Shown here: one piece after another, positions 23,038-33,611 of the stretch
Numbering within the stretch: the first letter of the stretch is position 1
How the letters are laid out: every line of letters starts with the position of its first letter
DNA from: Burkholderiales bacterium
GTDB lineage: Bacteria; Pseudomonadota; Gammaproteobacteria; Burkholderiales; SG8-41
Length of the DNA: 57,137 bases
Direction: 5' to 3'
Assembly: GCA_046313915.1 (NCBI GenBank)
Contig: JBKBXX010000005.1
Coordinates: 1 to 57,137, forward strand
Translations under genes and position numbers: made by a program
Notes under the pieces: model-generated
What the model was told of the DNA's origin: nothing
The model's input: the letters and a program-made list of their open reading frames with translations, nothing else
Databases searched by the model: none

Positions 23038-23053
23038 TGGAATGATCATTCCA
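23038..23053. promoter_or_regulatory. Perfect 16-bp palindrome, likely TetR operator
   Basis: TGGAATGA|TCATTCCA, followed by an RBS (GGAGGAG) and ATG 23078. Confidence 0.7.
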
Positions 23054-23077
23054 ATATTTCGCGGAGGAGACTGCCTC

Positions 23078-23125
23078 ATGGGCAAGCCGATGCCCCGTGA
23101 GGCGGTACCCGAATTGAAGATTCCC
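23078..23125 (+). pseudogene. 5' stub of a deleted gene, possibly AhpC/TSA peroxiredoxin-like
   Basis: Strong RBS, then MGKPMPREAVPELKIP, after which the frame loses protein-like character and runs into recQ. Confidence 0.4.
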
Positions 23126-23193
23126 GGCGCGCGGCGAGTCCCCAGAGGAAGCGGCACCGGCGGGCGCGAGCGGTGCGGCGGGTCTGTTTGGGG

Positions 23194-24999
23194 TCAGCCG
23201 CGCAGCAGGTCCAGCAATGCCGGGCCGTAGCGCTCCAGCTTTTTGGCGCCGATGCCGCCGATTGCCGATAATGCATCGAGATCCTGCGGACGGGTTGCCG
23301 CGATCGCCGCCAGCGTGCGATCGTGAAAAATCACGTAAGCCGGCACCGCTTGCGCACGCGCCTGTTCGCTGCGCCACGCTTTGAGTCGCGCGAGCAGGCC
23401 CGCGTCTGCAGCAGGCAGCGCGCCGGCGCTCGGTGTACGGCGTGCTGCGGTCTTGCCCCGGTGCGGCGTGACGCGGCGCATTTCGACGCGTTCTTCGCCT
23501 TTCAGCACCCGACGGCTCGCGTCGGTCAGGCGCAGCGCACCATAGGCCTCGTGAGCGGGGCGCGCGTAGCCCAGCGCCACCAGCTGGCGGAACACGCTGC
23601 GCCACGTCGCCTCGTCGAGATCGCCGCCGACGCCGAACACGCTCAACTTGTCGTGATCCCATTGCGCCACGCGCTCGGTGGCGCGGCCGCGCAGCACATC
23701 GATCAGATGCGCCGCGCCGAAGCGCTGGCCGGTGCGATAAATGCACGACAGCGCCTTGCGCGCTGCGTCGGTCGCTTCCCAGGTCTGCGGTGGTTCAAGG
23801 CAGGTGTCGCAATTGCCGCACGGCGTGCTCGCCTCGCCGAAATACTCGAGCAGGCGCACGCGACGGCATCCGGCGGTCTCGCACAAGCCGAGCAGGGCCT
23901 CCAGCTTGGCGAGCGATACGCGGCGGAATGCCTCGTTGCCTTCGGACTGGTCGATCATGCGCCGCTGCTGCACCACGTCGGCGAGTCCGTAGCTCATCCA
24001 CGCATCGGCGGCGAGCCCGTCGCGGCCGGCGCGACCGGTTTCCTGGTAGTAGCCTTCGATGCTTCTGGGCAGGTCGAGATGGGCGACGAAACGCACGTCC
24101 GGCTTGTCTATGCCCATACCGAAGGCAATGGTGGCGACGATCACGATGCCGTCCTCGCGCTGGAATTGCGCCTGGTGCTCGGCGCGCGCCGCTGCATCCA
24201 TGCCGGCGTGATACGGCAGCGCGCGCACGCCTTGCGTCGCGAGCCACGCCGCAGTTTCGTCCACTTTTTTGCGCGACAGGCAATAGACGATGCCGGCTTC
24301 GTCCGGGTGTTCCTCGCGGATGAAACGCAGCAGTTGCGCCCGCGCCTCCTGCTTGTCGACGATGGTGTAGCGGATGTTGGGCCGATCGAAACTGGAGACG
24401 AACACGCGCGCTTCATCGAGCGCGAGTTGGCGAACGATTTCGACGCGCGTTTGCGGATCGGCGGTGGCGGTGAGCGCGATGCGCGGCACGGCGGGAAAGC
24501 GCTCGTGCAGCACCGAGAGCTGCATGTAATCGGGGCGGAAGTCGTGCCCCCATTGCGAGACACAATGCGCTTCGTCAATGGCGAACAGCGCGATTTCGGC
24601 GTGCGCCAGCAGATCAAGCATGCGCGGCATCAGCAGGCGCTCGGGCGCGACGTAGAGCAGCTCCAGTTCGCTATCGCGCAGCGCGCGCTCCACAGCGTTG
24701 ATCTCGCGGCCATCCAGCGTCGAATTGAGGAAGGCTGCGCGCACGCCGAGCTGTTTGAGCGCGGCCACCTGGTCGTGCATCAGCGCGATCAGCGGCGACA
24801 CCACCAGCGCCGTGCCTGCGCGCAGCAGCGCCGGCAGTTGATAGCACAGCGACTTGCCGCCGCCGGTGGGCATCAGTACCAGCGCGTCGCCGCCCGCGGT
24901 GACGTGAGAGACGATGTCGTGCTGGGCGCCGCGAAATGCCGCGTGGCCGAAGACCGTATTGAGCACACGAAGGGCCTCGAGCCCAGAGCTGCCGTCCAT
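23194..24999 (-). CDS. recQ: ATP-dependent DNA helicase RecQ
   Basis: [42 protein letters not shown] Zn cysteines and HRDC domain. Confidence 0.96.
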   Translation of the reverse strand: MDGSSGLEALRVLNTVFGHAAFRGAQHDIVSHVTAGGDALVLMPTGGGKSLCYQLPALLRAGTALVVSPLIALMHDQVAALKQLGVRAAFLNSTLDGREINAVERALRDSELELLYVAPERLLMPRMLDLLAHAEIALFAIDEAHCVSQWGHDFRPDYMQLSVLHERFPAVPRIALTATADPQTRVEIVRQLALDEARVFVSSFDRPNIRYTIVDKQEARAQLLRFIREEHPDEAGIVYCLSRKKVDETAAWLATQGVRALPYHAGMDAAARAEHQAQFQREDGIVIVATIAFGMGIDKPDVRFVAHLDLPRSIEGYYQETGRAGRDGLAADAWMSYGLADVVQQRRMIDQSEGNEAFRRVSLAKLEALLGLCETAGCRRVRLLEYFGEASTPCGNCDTCLEPPQTWEATDAARKALSCIYRTGQRFGAAHLIDVLRGRATERVAQWDHDKLSVFGVGGDLDEATWRSVFRQLVALGYARPAHEAYGALRLTDASRRVLKGEERVEMRRVTPHRGKTAARRTPSAGALPAADAGLLARLKAWRSEQARAQAVPAYVIFHDRTLAAIAATRPQDLDALSAIGGIGAKKLERYGPALLDLLRG

Positions 25000-25058
25000 C
25001 AGATATCTTTTAAAAACAATATATTAATAAAATGAGGCAACTTCCCCGCCTCGGTGAA

Positions 25059-26651
25059 TCAGGCGCGGGCCGCACCCACTTTGAACGATGCCTTGTCCCG
25101 TTCATCCAACTGGGCCACGAGGCCGGTTTCCCACGCGAGATACCGTTGCATTGCTTCGCGGTTGCCGGCGTGGCGGTCATGGACGAAGAACAGATAGTCG
25201 ATACATTCGCCGTCGGGCGGAGTTCCAGGGGAGGTGGCGCTCGCGTAGCCTGCTTTTTGCCACGCGCCAAGGCCGCCGGCAAGCCGTTTCACGTTCGAGA
25301 TACCCGCTTCCAGGAGGTCGATGGCGGCCAGCCGCGCGACATCGGCGATTTCGGATACCAGCACGATCGGTTTCTTTTCGTCACGCGCGTCCGCCGCGAG
25401 TCTGACGCGCGTGCTCCAGCGGCTGCCGGGGATGTGGGCTTTACGGAAGTCCATGCTCTGGCCGAGATCGAATACCGTGCAGCGTCCTGCATCGAATGCT
25501 TGCTTCAGCTCTGCGGCGGAGATCGTCGCGAAATCCGGCAGCGCGGGTCTTGCCGCGCGCGTGCCGTGGAGCCCGGATTTCACGCCGCCTTCGAGCACGT
25601 ACGCCTCGCAACCGAGCTGTCTGAGCCAGCTCGCGACCACCGGCGCGCGTACCTGCTCGCCGCCGTCGATCAGCACGATGCGCGCATGGCGCACGCCGAT
25701 CCATTGATCGGTGGCCTGGATCAACTGGCCGCCGGGCGCGTGGACCGCGCCGGGGATCGAGCCTTTCTTGAATTCCTCCGGCGTGCGCACATCGCACAGA
25801 TAGGTGGTGCGCGTCGTTTCCTCCAGCCATGCCGCGACTTCTTGTGCCGTGACGGTCTCGATGCCGAAGCGCGCCATGAGGTGGCGCGCCGCTTCCTGCT
25901 GCGCCGGCAGCGCGGCGGCGTCGATTTGCTCGGGATACTTGCGCGTCGAGCCGTGCTCGAGCGGCAGGCCGGCGAGGAACCATCCCTGGGTGCCGTTTTC
26001 CAGCGCGTAGACGGGGTTGGGCACGCCGAAGTTGATCAGCGTCTGCGCGCCGATGATGGAGCGCGTGCGTCCCGCGCAGTTGACGATGATCTTGGTTTTG
26101 GGATTTTTCACCATCGCCGGCACGCGCAGCGGCAGTTCGGCATTGGGGCAGCATATGCTGCCGGGAATGGTCATCCTGTGGTGTTCGTCGACGGGGCGGC
26201 CGTCGAAAATGACGAAGTCCTCGCCGGACTGCTTCATGCGCACGAGCTCATGTGCCGAGATGCGCGGCGTGCGGTATTCGTGCTCGACGAGCTCGCCGAA
26301 AGTCTTGCTCGGCACGTTGACGCCGGAGAACAGGGCATAACCCGCCTCCGCCCACGCCCGGTTGCCGCCGTCGACGATCGCCACGTCGTGGTAGCCCATC
26401 GCCAGCAGGCGCCGGGCCGCCCGCCCGGCCACGCCCAGTTCGCCATCGTCGCACAACACGATGCGCGCAGCCTTGTTCGGCACCAGGGTGACGATCCCGA
26501 GTTCGAGACGGCTGTATGGGCAGGGCGTGGCGAACAGCAGATGCGACTCGCCGAACTGTCCGGCTTCGCGCACATCGAGCAGCGCGAATTCCGTGCCGTC
26601 GTGGAGCATGGTCTTGAGTCGTTTCGAGCAAACGTGTTTGAGCGGGGTCAT
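25059..26651 (-). CDS. Multi-rhodanese-domain sulfurtransferase
   Basis: Four repeats of D.R...F...HIPG-like segments; NCAGRTRS active-site loop; GGxxAW motifs. Confidence 0.85.
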   Translation of the reverse strand: MTPLKHVCSKRLKTMLHDGTEFALLDVREAGQFGESHLLFATPCPYSRLELGIVTLVPNKAARIVLCDDGELGVAGRAARRLLAMGYHDVAIVDGGNRAWAEAGYALFSGVNVPSKTFGELVEHEYRTPRISAHELVRMKQSGEDFVIFDGRPVDEHHRMTIPGSICCPNAELPLRVPAMVKNPKTKIIVNCAGRTRSIIGAQTLINFGVPNPVYALENGTQGWFLAGLPLEHGSTRKYPEQIDAAALPAQQEAARHLMARFGIETVTAQEVAAWLEETTRTTYLCDVRTPEEFKKGSIPGAVHAPGGQLIQATDQWIGVRHARIVLIDGGEQVRAPVVASWLRQLGCEAYVLEGGVKSGLHGTRAARPALPDFATISAAELKQAFDAGRCTVFDLGQSMDFRKAHIPGSRWSTRVRLAADARDEKKPIVLVSEIADVARLAAIDLLEAGISNVKRLAGGLGAWQKAGYASATSPGTPPDGECIDYLFFVHDRHAGNREAMQRYLAWETGLVAQLDERDKASFKVGAARA

Positions 26652-26760
26652 TCGCCGGGGGCAGCGAGGGAGGGTGGAAGCACCAATTATACCGACGCCG
26701 GGAGAGGAGGCGGACGGGTTTCAGACGAGATGCGGCGTTTTTGCAGCACGCCGTGCGCTT

Positions 26761-27501
26761 TCAGCGCAGCAGCAACGGCGTGCCGCTGGTGATCAGCACG
26801 CCGGCGACCAGACGTTTGAAAAGCGCGTCGTCGAGGCTGGCATGGATGCGGTTGCCGAGAAAGACGCCGATCAGCATCATTGGCAGCGCCACGGCGCAGG
26901 CGATCACGACGTCACGGTCGAATTCACCCACGGCGATATAGCCGGCGGCACGCAGTAGGCCGAGGGCAAGGAGTATGCCCGCGACGGTAGCCCGGAAAGA
27001 GGCTTTGGCGTGCTGGAGCAAGTCGAGGTAGATGGCGAAAAACATGCCCGCCATGGAGCCGAACAGGGTGCCGACGAAACCGGCGAGCGTGCCGGCGGCC
27101 GGCGCCACGGCGCCTAGGGGCAGGCGCAGCCTGAAGCCGGGGCGAAACGTTGCCCACAGCGCATGCAGGCCGTAGACGAGCACGACTCCTCCCAGCAGTT
27201 TCGTCAGCGTGCGGGCGTCGAGGATTTTGAAAAAATATACGCCCAGGCCCACGCCGATGGCGCACCACGGCATCACCCGCCACAGGTCGCGCCAGACGAT
27301 GTGCTTGTATTCGGTGCGGAGGATCGCCGCCGATGACAGGATGCCGAGCACCGTTACCATGGGCACCACGATCTTGAGCGACATCACGAAGGCGAGCAGC
27401 GGCACGGTGACGCCGCCAAAGCCGGCGCTGCCGCGAATGGCGTAGGAAAGGACGATGACGAAGCAGAAGAACAGCAGCTCGGGCGCCGACAGGGTATCCA
27501 C
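26761..27501 (-). CDS. TauE/SafE family (sulfite exporter-like) membrane protein
   Basis: IRGSAGFGG, internal duplication (GFVGTLFG), about 8 TM helices. Confidence 0.82.
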   Translation of the reverse strand: MDTLSAPELLFFCFVIVLSYAIRGSAGFGGVTVPLLAFVMSLKIVVPMVTVLGILSSAAILRTEYKHIVWRDLWRVMPWCAIGVGLGVYFFKILDARTLTKLLGGVVLVYGLHALWATFRPGFRLRLPLGAVAPAAGTLAGFVGTLFGSMAGMFFAIYLDLLQHAKASFRATVAGILLALGLLRAAGYIAVGEFDRDVVIACAVALPMMLIGVFLGNRIHASLDDALFKRLVAGVLITSGTPLLLR

Positions 27502-27540
27502 GCTATTCGGCCCGGATCGGGCGCGCCCGCCGCGGGCTGC

Positions 27541-28947
27541 TCATTTCTTGTCTTTGCCGGCGACAAGGCCGCCGAGCAGTGCAGCGGTAGGACGATGGAC
27601 GTGGCCGCGGGGCGGGGTCGGTCTTTTCTCTTTTTCCCCGGCAGCCGACGCCGCCGGCTCGTAGGGTTTGGAAAAATCGAAACCCGTGGCGTCCGCCGCG
27701 CTTTGAGGGGCGGGCCGCGCCGGCTTGTGCTCCCTCGGTTCGCGATGGCCGCCGTGCCCGTGCTTTGCCTGGCCATCGCGGAAGCGCGGGCGCTCGCCCG
27801 GCATTTCGCGGTCGAAGCCTTCCGCTGCCAGCCGCGGGATCTGGCGCTTGAGCAGTTTCTCGATGGCAGCGAGAAATTCCATTTCGTCAGGACTTACCAG
27901 CGAGATCGCTTCGCCGGGGCTGCCGGCGCGACCGGTGCGACCGATGCGGTGCACATAGTCTTCCGGCGTGTGCGGCAGCTCGTAATTGATCACGAATGGC
28001 AGCTGGTCGATGTCGAGCCCGCGTGCGGCGATGTCGGTGGCGACCAGGATTTTCATCTTGCCCTGCTTGAACTCCTCGAGCGCCTGCATGCGTTCGGCCT
28101 GGGTGCGGTCGCTGTGGATCGCGGTGGCGGCCAGGCCATCCTGTTCGAGCTGGCGGGCAAGGCGGTTGGCATCGCGTTTCATGCGCACGAACACCAGCAC
28201 CTGTTGCATGTCGCGCGAGTGGATCAGGTGCGTGAGCAGTGCGTGTTTGCGCGAAGCCGGCACTTCGTATACCTGGTGTGATACCAGTTCGGCGGGAGCA
28301 TTGCGGCGCGCGACTTCGATCATCAGGGGATGGTGCATGAACTGATCGGCAAGCCTCTTGATTTCCTCCGAGAACGTCGCCGAGAACAGCAGGTTCTGGC
28401 GTGTTGCCGGCAGCACGGCAAGGATGCGCTTGATGTCGGGCATGAATCCCATGTCGAGCATGCGGTCGGCTTCATCGAGCACCAGGATTTCCACGCGCGA
28501 CAAATTGATGCTTTTCTGCTGCAGGTGATCGAGCAACCGGCCGGGGGTGGCGACCACGATTTCGGCACCGGCGTGCAGCGCCTTGATCTGCGGCTTGATG
28601 TCGATGCCGCCATAGACCACCGCCGTGCGCAGCGGCAGATATTTGCCATAGGTGCGCACCGATTCCTCGACCTGCGCTGCGAGTTCGCGCGTCGGTGTCA
28701 GCACCAGCGCCCGCACCGGATGCCGCGCCGGAGAGGGGCTGGTGCTGGCGTGGGGGGCGAGCAGTTGCAGCAGCGGCAGCGTGTAGCCGGCGGTTTTCCC
28801 CGTGCCGGTCTGGGCGCAGCCCATGATGTCGTGGCGCTCGAGGATCGCCGGGATGGCCTTGACCTGGATCGGAGTGGGTTCCGTGTACCCCTGGTCGGCA
28901 ACGGCGCGGAGCAATTCGGGAATCAGCTTCAGGGAAGTAAATGACAT
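27541..28947 (-). CDS. rhlE: DEAD-box RNA helicase RhlE-like
   Basis: Q motif, AQTGTGKT, PTRELA, DEAD, SAT, HRIGRTGR; TATAAT on the minus strand at 29083-29088. Confidence 0.9.
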   Translation of the reverse strand: MSFTSLKLIPELLRAVADQGYTEPTPIQVKAIPAILERHDIMGCAQTGTGKTAGYTLPLLQLLAPHASTSPSPARHPVRALVLTPTRELAAQVEESVRTYGKYLPLRTAVVYGGIDIKPQIKALHAGAEIVVATPGRLLDHLQQKSINLSRVEILVLDEADRMLDMGFMPDIKRILAVLPATRQNLLFSATFSEEIKRLADQFMHHPLMIEVARRNAPAELVSHQVYEVPASRKHALLTHLIHSRDMQQVLVFVRMKRDANRLARQLEQDGLAATAIHSDRTQAERMQALEEFKQGKMKILVATDIAARGLDIDQLPFVINYELPHTPEDYVHRIGRTGRAGSPGEAISLVSPDEMEFLAAIEKLLKRQIPRLAAEGFDREMPGERPRFRDGQAKHGHGGHREPREHKPARPAPQSAADATGFDFSKPYEPAASAAGEKEKRPTPPRGHVHRPTAALLGGLVAGKDKK

Positions 28948-29257
28948 CTCAACGGTCTCGATGGTGTGCCCCGGAGAGGGCAACGGAGCCGCGACGGCTG
29001 GAACCCGTTACGGGCGGCGGCGACTGCAGGAAGGATGAGCGGGAAGAAAGTATTCGGGCGTCCACAGCATTCACGATTGTTCATTATACCGCGCCAAGCG
29101 GTCGTAGGCGAGCCGGCAGGCGGCTTTGCTGGCAAAAGAGCGCAAAGAAGCCGGAAATCTGCTAGATTATCGGAGTGGAAGTGGCGATATGAGCTTGGGT
29201 CGGCGCATTGCCGGGATCGGGCTCGGAAGGAAAGGACGGAACAAATTGCTGGAAATC

Positions 29258-29872
29258 ATGCGCGATGGCATTGCCGAGGAAACGGCACCGCTCGGCGTGT
29301 TTCCGTTGATTCTCACGCTCGACACTCACGGCGTTCCCCACCGCTGGATCACGTGGCAACATGCGTGCTACTACTACGCCAAAGACCAGGTCGCTTGGCA
29401 CATGGGCGGGCGCGCTTTCACGGTTCATGGCGGGCTGAACCGCGCCACCGGTGAACGCTCGACCATCACTGCGAGCAGCATCATCGCGATCAAGGGCAAG
29501 GCGATGGCGATGAAAGCCTTCAGCCAGGTGCCGCCGCTCAACAACCGCGAGCTGTTCCACCGCGACCGCCAGATCTGTGCCTATTGCGGCGACATGCTGC
29601 CGATTTCCAGGCTCACGCGCGATCATATCGTGCCGTTTTCACGCGGCGGCAAGGACACGTGGATGAATGTCGTTACCGCCTGCCGCGGCTGCAACGAGAA
29701 AAAAAGCGACCGCACCCCGGAGCGTGCCGGGATGGAACTGCTTTATCTGCCGTACGTGCCGAACCGTGCCGAGTATCTGATACTCACCAATCGCCGCATC
29801 CTTGCCGATCAGATGGAGTTCTTGGCGCAGCACGTGCCGGCGCAAAGCCGCCTGCACCAGAAGTCCGCCTGA
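29258..29872 (+). CDS. HNH endonuclease (Zn-binding type); start uncertain (29258 ATG or 29297 GTG)
   Basis: CAYCG...LTRDHIVP.SRGG...NVVTACRGCNEKK. Confidence 0.85.
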   Translation: MRDGIAEETAPLGVFPLILTLDTHGVPHRWITWQHACYYYAKDQVAWHMGGRAFTVHGGLNRATGERSTITASSIIAIKGKAMAMKAFSQVPPLNNRELFHRDRQICAYCGDMLPISRLTRDHIVPFSRGGKDTWMNVVTACRGCNEKKSDRTPERAGMELLYLPYVPNRAEYLILTNRRILADQMEFLAQHVPAQSRLHQKSA

Positions 29873-29977
29873 GCCGTGCGCGCGGCGTCTTTTCCGCTGC
29901 TGCTGCGGCCTGACCCCGTGGAATGTTTTCTCGCCCCGGAAGGCGCTGGGAGCGTTCCCCAGGGCGAGTTTTATCAT

Positions 29978-29990
29978 TAAGATATTGATT
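29978..29990 (-). promoter_or_regulatory. IHF-consensus site (best of seven similar sites)
   Basis: AATCAATATCTTA is an exact WATCAANNNNTTR match inside an AT-rich island. Confidence 0.55.
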
Positions 29991-30006
29991 TTTAATACTT
30001 TATTTT

Positions 30007-30837
30007 ATGGCCGGTTTTGACCTGCACAGCCTTTCTACGCATCCCGACGGCTTGCTGAGGCGGTCGTAACGGGTGGCGCGCGCCGCGCGCCGCGGCGTGA
30101 CGACGCTCGCGCTCACCGATCATGATGAAACCAGGGGTCTTGCCGAAGCGCGGGTTGCCGCCGGCGAGCAGGACATCACGCTGGTCGGCGGCGTGGAGAT
30201 ATCGGTGACATGGCATGGTCATACGCTGCACGTCGTCGGCCTGCACATCGATCCCGAAAACCGCGAGCTCGCCGTGGGTCTCGAGCTCATCCGCAGCGGC
30301 CGCCGGCTGCGCGCCGAGGCCATGGCGGAAAGTCTGCGGCGGGCGGGTATCGCCGGCAGCCTGGAAGGCGCGCGCTCCTACGCCGGAAACCCCGAACTCG
30401 TCGCGCGCACGCATTTCGCGCGGTTTCTGGTCGAGCGCGGCCATGCGCGCGAGGTGGCGGCGGTTTTCAAAAAATATCTCGCTGTCGGCAAACCCGGCCA
30501 TGTTCCCCACCAGTGGGCGGGCCTCGAACAATCGGTGGCGTGGATCAAGGCTGCCGGCGGCGTGCCGGTGCTGGCGCATCCGGGCCGCTACCGGCTGGGC
30601 AATGCCCAGCGTGACGCGCTGCTTGCCGATTTTCGCGATGCCGGCGGAATCGCGATCGAGGTGGTCACGGCAAGCCATGCCGCGCAGCAATTCGCGACCT
30701 GGGCGCGGCAGTGCCGGCGTTTCGGCTTGCTGGCATCGGCGGGTTCCGATTTTCACGGGCCGGGTGAAAGCCGTTGCGATCTCGGCGGTCTGCCCGCATT
30801 GCCCGACGGCTGCACGCCGGTGTGGAGCCGATTCTGA
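30007..30837 (+). pseudogene. PHP-domain phosphoesterase (YciV/TrpH-like) with an in-frame TAA at codon 21
   Basis: MAGFDLHSLSTHPDGLLRRS-stop-RVARAARRGVTTLALTDHD; AHPGRY and GSDFHG are intact downstream. Confidence 0.72.
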
Positions 30838-30946
30838 GCGGCGGACGATGCGCGGCGGATTTGCATCTCACGAATCAAGGGATGAGCCGGAAAGCGCTCG
30901 CTCGTTCGTCTGACCGTCATCTTTCCCACACTGCACATCACTGGCC

Positions 30947-31573
30947 ATGGCGCAGTTTTTTGCCGTTCATCCCGATAATCCGCAGCCGCGCCTGATCAGG
31001 CGGGCCGTGGAAATCATCCGCGGCGGCGGTGTCATCGTCTATCCCACGGATTCCTGTTACGCGCTCGGCTGCCGTCTCGGCGACAAGGCGGCGGTCGAAC
31101 GCATGCGCTTCATCCGTCAGGTCGATGAACATCACTACTTTACGCTGGTATGCCGTGATCTTGCCGAGATCGCGACCTACGCCAAGGTGGACAACCGCCA
31201 GTTCCGTCTGCTCAAGGCGACGACGCCGGGCAGCTACACCTTCATTCTGCAGGCGACGCGCGAAGTGCCCAAACGCCTGCAGCATCCCCGACGTCGGACC
31301 GTCGGCCTGCGCGTTCCCGATCATCGCGTGGCGCGCGCGCTGCTCGATGAGCTCGGCGAGCCGCTGCTGTCTTCGACGCTGATCCTGCCCGGTGACGCGC
31401 AGCCGCTCAACGACGCCCGGGAAATCCGCGAGCGCCTCGGCAAGCTGGTCGACCTGATTCTCGACAGCGGATCCTGCGGCATCGAGCCCACGACCGTGGT
31501 GGACCTGAGCGGTGACACGCCGCTCATCGTGCGCGCGGGCAAAGGCAGCAGCGCGCCATTCGGGATTGAATGA
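30947..31573 (+). CDS. yciO: SUA5/YciO/YrdC family protein
   Basis: IVYPTDSCYALGC, TPGSYTFIL, GLRVP; usual position after a PHP gene. Confidence 0.88.
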   Translation: MAQFFAVHPDNPQPRLIRRAVEIIRGGGVIVYPTDSCYALGCRLGDKAAVERMRFIRQVDEHHYFTLVCRDLAEIATYAKVDNRQFRLLKATTPGSYTFILQATREVPKRLQHPRRRTVGLRVPDHRVARALLDELGEPLLSSTLILPGDAQPLNDAREIRERLGKLVDLILDSGSCGIEPTTVVDLSGDTPLIVRAGKGSSAPFGIE

Positions 31574-31697
31574 TGAGGGGTGCAGACTGATGAAGGATGA
31601 AGCGCCAACCTGCTAAAATGTGCGCTGGCCCGGCAGTTCACGGCTTTTCCGTCACCATCACCCACAACGCCTTCCTACTCCCTATTTTCCCGCGCCG

Positions 31698-32393
31698 ATG
31701 GAACTCAATTTGCTCCAGACCATTGCGGTCTATGCGCTACCCGTCATTTTCGCGATCACGCTGCATGAGGCGGCGCATGGCTACGTTGCCAGGCATTTCG
31801 GTGATTTCACGGCCCATGCCGCGGGGCGCATCAGCCTGAATCCGCTGCGCCACATCGACCCCATCGGCACCGTGGCCCTGCCACTCGCGCTGCTCGCAGT
31901 GAGCAAACTGTTCGGCGGCGGCATTCTGTTCGGCTGGGCGAAACCGGTGCCGGTCAATTTCGCCAATCTGCGTCATCCCAAGCGCGACATGTTGTGGGTT
32001 GCCGCGGCCGGGCCGGCGGCCAATCTGCTGATGGCGATGTTCTGGGGGCTGATGGTGAAAGCCGGCCTCGGCATGCCCGGCAACGGCTTCGCGTTGCCGC
32101 TGACGCTGATGGGAGCGGCGGGCGTGTTCATCAATGCCATCATCATGGTGCTCAATCTGCTGCCGCTGCCACCGCTCGACGGTGGCCGCATCATGGTCAG
32201 TTTGCTGCCGCACCGGCTGGCTTACCGCTTCGCGCGCATCGAGCCCTACGGTTTCATGATCCTGATCGTGTTGCTGTTCAGCGGCGTGCTGGGCCATGTC
32301 CTGTGGCCGCTGATCGGCGTGGTGATGGCGCTGGTCGCGACATTGTCCGGCGTGCCGCTGCCAGCCCTGGTCCGGCTTGCCAGTGTGATTTGA
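31698..32393 (+). CDS. Site-2 protease (M50) family membrane metalloprotease
   Basis: HEAAH, AAAGP..N, NLLPLPPLDGG. Confidence 0.92.
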   Translation: MELNLLQTIAVYALPVIFAITLHEAAHGYVARHFGDFTAHAAGRISLNPLRHIDPIGTVALPLALLAVSKLFGGGILFGWAKPVPVNFANLRHPKRDMLWVAAAGPAANLLMAMFWGLMVKAGLGMPGNGFALPLTLMGAAGVFINAIIMVLNLLPLPPLDGGRIMVSLLPHRLAYRFARIEPYGFMILIVLLFSGVLGHVLWPLIGVVMALVATLSGVPLPALVRLASVI

Positions 32394-32408
32394 AAGGAAC
32401 TGCAATCC

Positions 32409-33611
32409 ATGTATACCAATCGCGTCTTGTCCGGCATGCGTCCCACCGGCAGCCTGCATCTCGGGCATTACCACGGCGTGCTCAAGAACTGGATCAGGCT
32501 GCAGCACGAGTATGAATGCTTTTTTTTCGTCGCCGACTGGCACGCGCTGACCACCCATTACGATGAACCCGACACCATAGAACGCCATGTCTGGGACATG
32601 GTGATCGACTGGCTCGCCGCCGGCGTCGACCCAGCGCGGGCGACGCTGTTCATCCAGTCGCGCGTGCCGGAGCACGCCGAATTGCATCTGCTGCTGTCGA
32701 TGATCACGCCCGTCGCGTGGCTCGAGCGCGTGCCGACTTACAAGGACCAGCAGGAGAAACTTGCCGACAAGGATCTTGCGACCTACGGTTTTCTCGGCTA
32801 TCCGCTGCTGCAAAGCGCCGATATCCTGATCTACCGCGCCAATCTGGTGCCGGTGGGCGAGGATCAGGTGCCGCACATCGAGTTCACGCGCGAGATCGCG
32901 CGCCGTTTCAACCATGTCTTCGGACGCGAGCCGGGGTTCGAGACCAAGGCGGAGGCCGCGGTAAAGAAGCTCGGCGCGCGCCGCGCCAGGCTCTATCGCG
33001 AGCTGCGCACCCGGTATCTGGAGCAGGGAGATACCGAAGCGCTGGCCGCGGCGCGTGCGCTGCTCGAGGAGACCCAGAACCTGACGCTCGGCGACCGCGA
33101 ACGCCTGTTCGGCTACATCGAGGGCGGCGGCAAGGTGATCCTGACCGAGCCGCAATCCCTGCTCACCGAGGCGTCGAAAATGCCCGGCCTCGACGGCCAG
33201 AAAATGTCCAAGTCCTACCACAACACCATCGGCTTGCGGGAAAACGCCGACAGCGTAACGAAGAAAATCAGGACCATGCCCACCGATCCGGCGCGCGTCA
33301 AGCGCAGCGATCCGGGCGACCCCGACAAATGTCCGGTGTGGCAGCTGCACCTCGTGTATTCGGACGATTCGCGCCGGCAATGGGTGCAGCAAGGTTGCCG
33401 CAGCGCCGCCATCGGCTGCCTCGAGTGCAAGCAACCGGTGATAGACGCGGTGCTGGAGGAGCAGAAGCCGATCCGGGAGCGCGCGCAGAAATATCTGGAC
33501 GACCCGACGCTGGTTCGCAGCATCGTCGCCGACGGCTGCGAGAAGGCGCGCAAGCTGGCCCAGGAGACGCTGCGCGATGTAAGACAGGTAATGGGCTTGG
33601 ACTACGGATAA
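32409..33611 (+). CDS. trpS: Tryptophanyl-tRNA synthetase
   Basis: SGMRPTG.LHLGH, YPLLQSADI, VPVGEDQ, KMSKS. Confidence 0.96.
   Translation: MYTNRVLSGMRPTGSLHLGHYHGVLKNWIRLQHEYECFFFVADWHALTTHYDEPDTIERHVWDMVIDWLAAGVDPARATLFIQSRVPEHAELHLLLSMITPVAWLERVPTYKDQQEKLADKDLATYGFLGYPLLQSADILIYRANLVPVGEDQVPHIEFTREIARRFNHVFGREPGFETKAEAAVKKLGARRARLYRELRTRYLEQGDTEALAAARALLEETQNLTLGDRERLFGYIEGGGKVILTEPQSLLTEASKMPGLDGQKMSKSYHNTIGLRENADSVTKKIRTMPTDPARVKRSDPGDPDKCPVWQLHLVYSDDSRRQWVQQGCRSAAIGCLECKQPVIDAVLEEQKPIRERAQKYLDDPTLVRSIVADGCEKARKLAQETLRDVRQVMGLDYG

Noticed and set aside
29258-29872. HNH nuclease as a defence system or homing element
   Set aside because: It is solitary among housekeeping genes, has host-like codon usage, and has no methylase, intron, repeats or partner genes.
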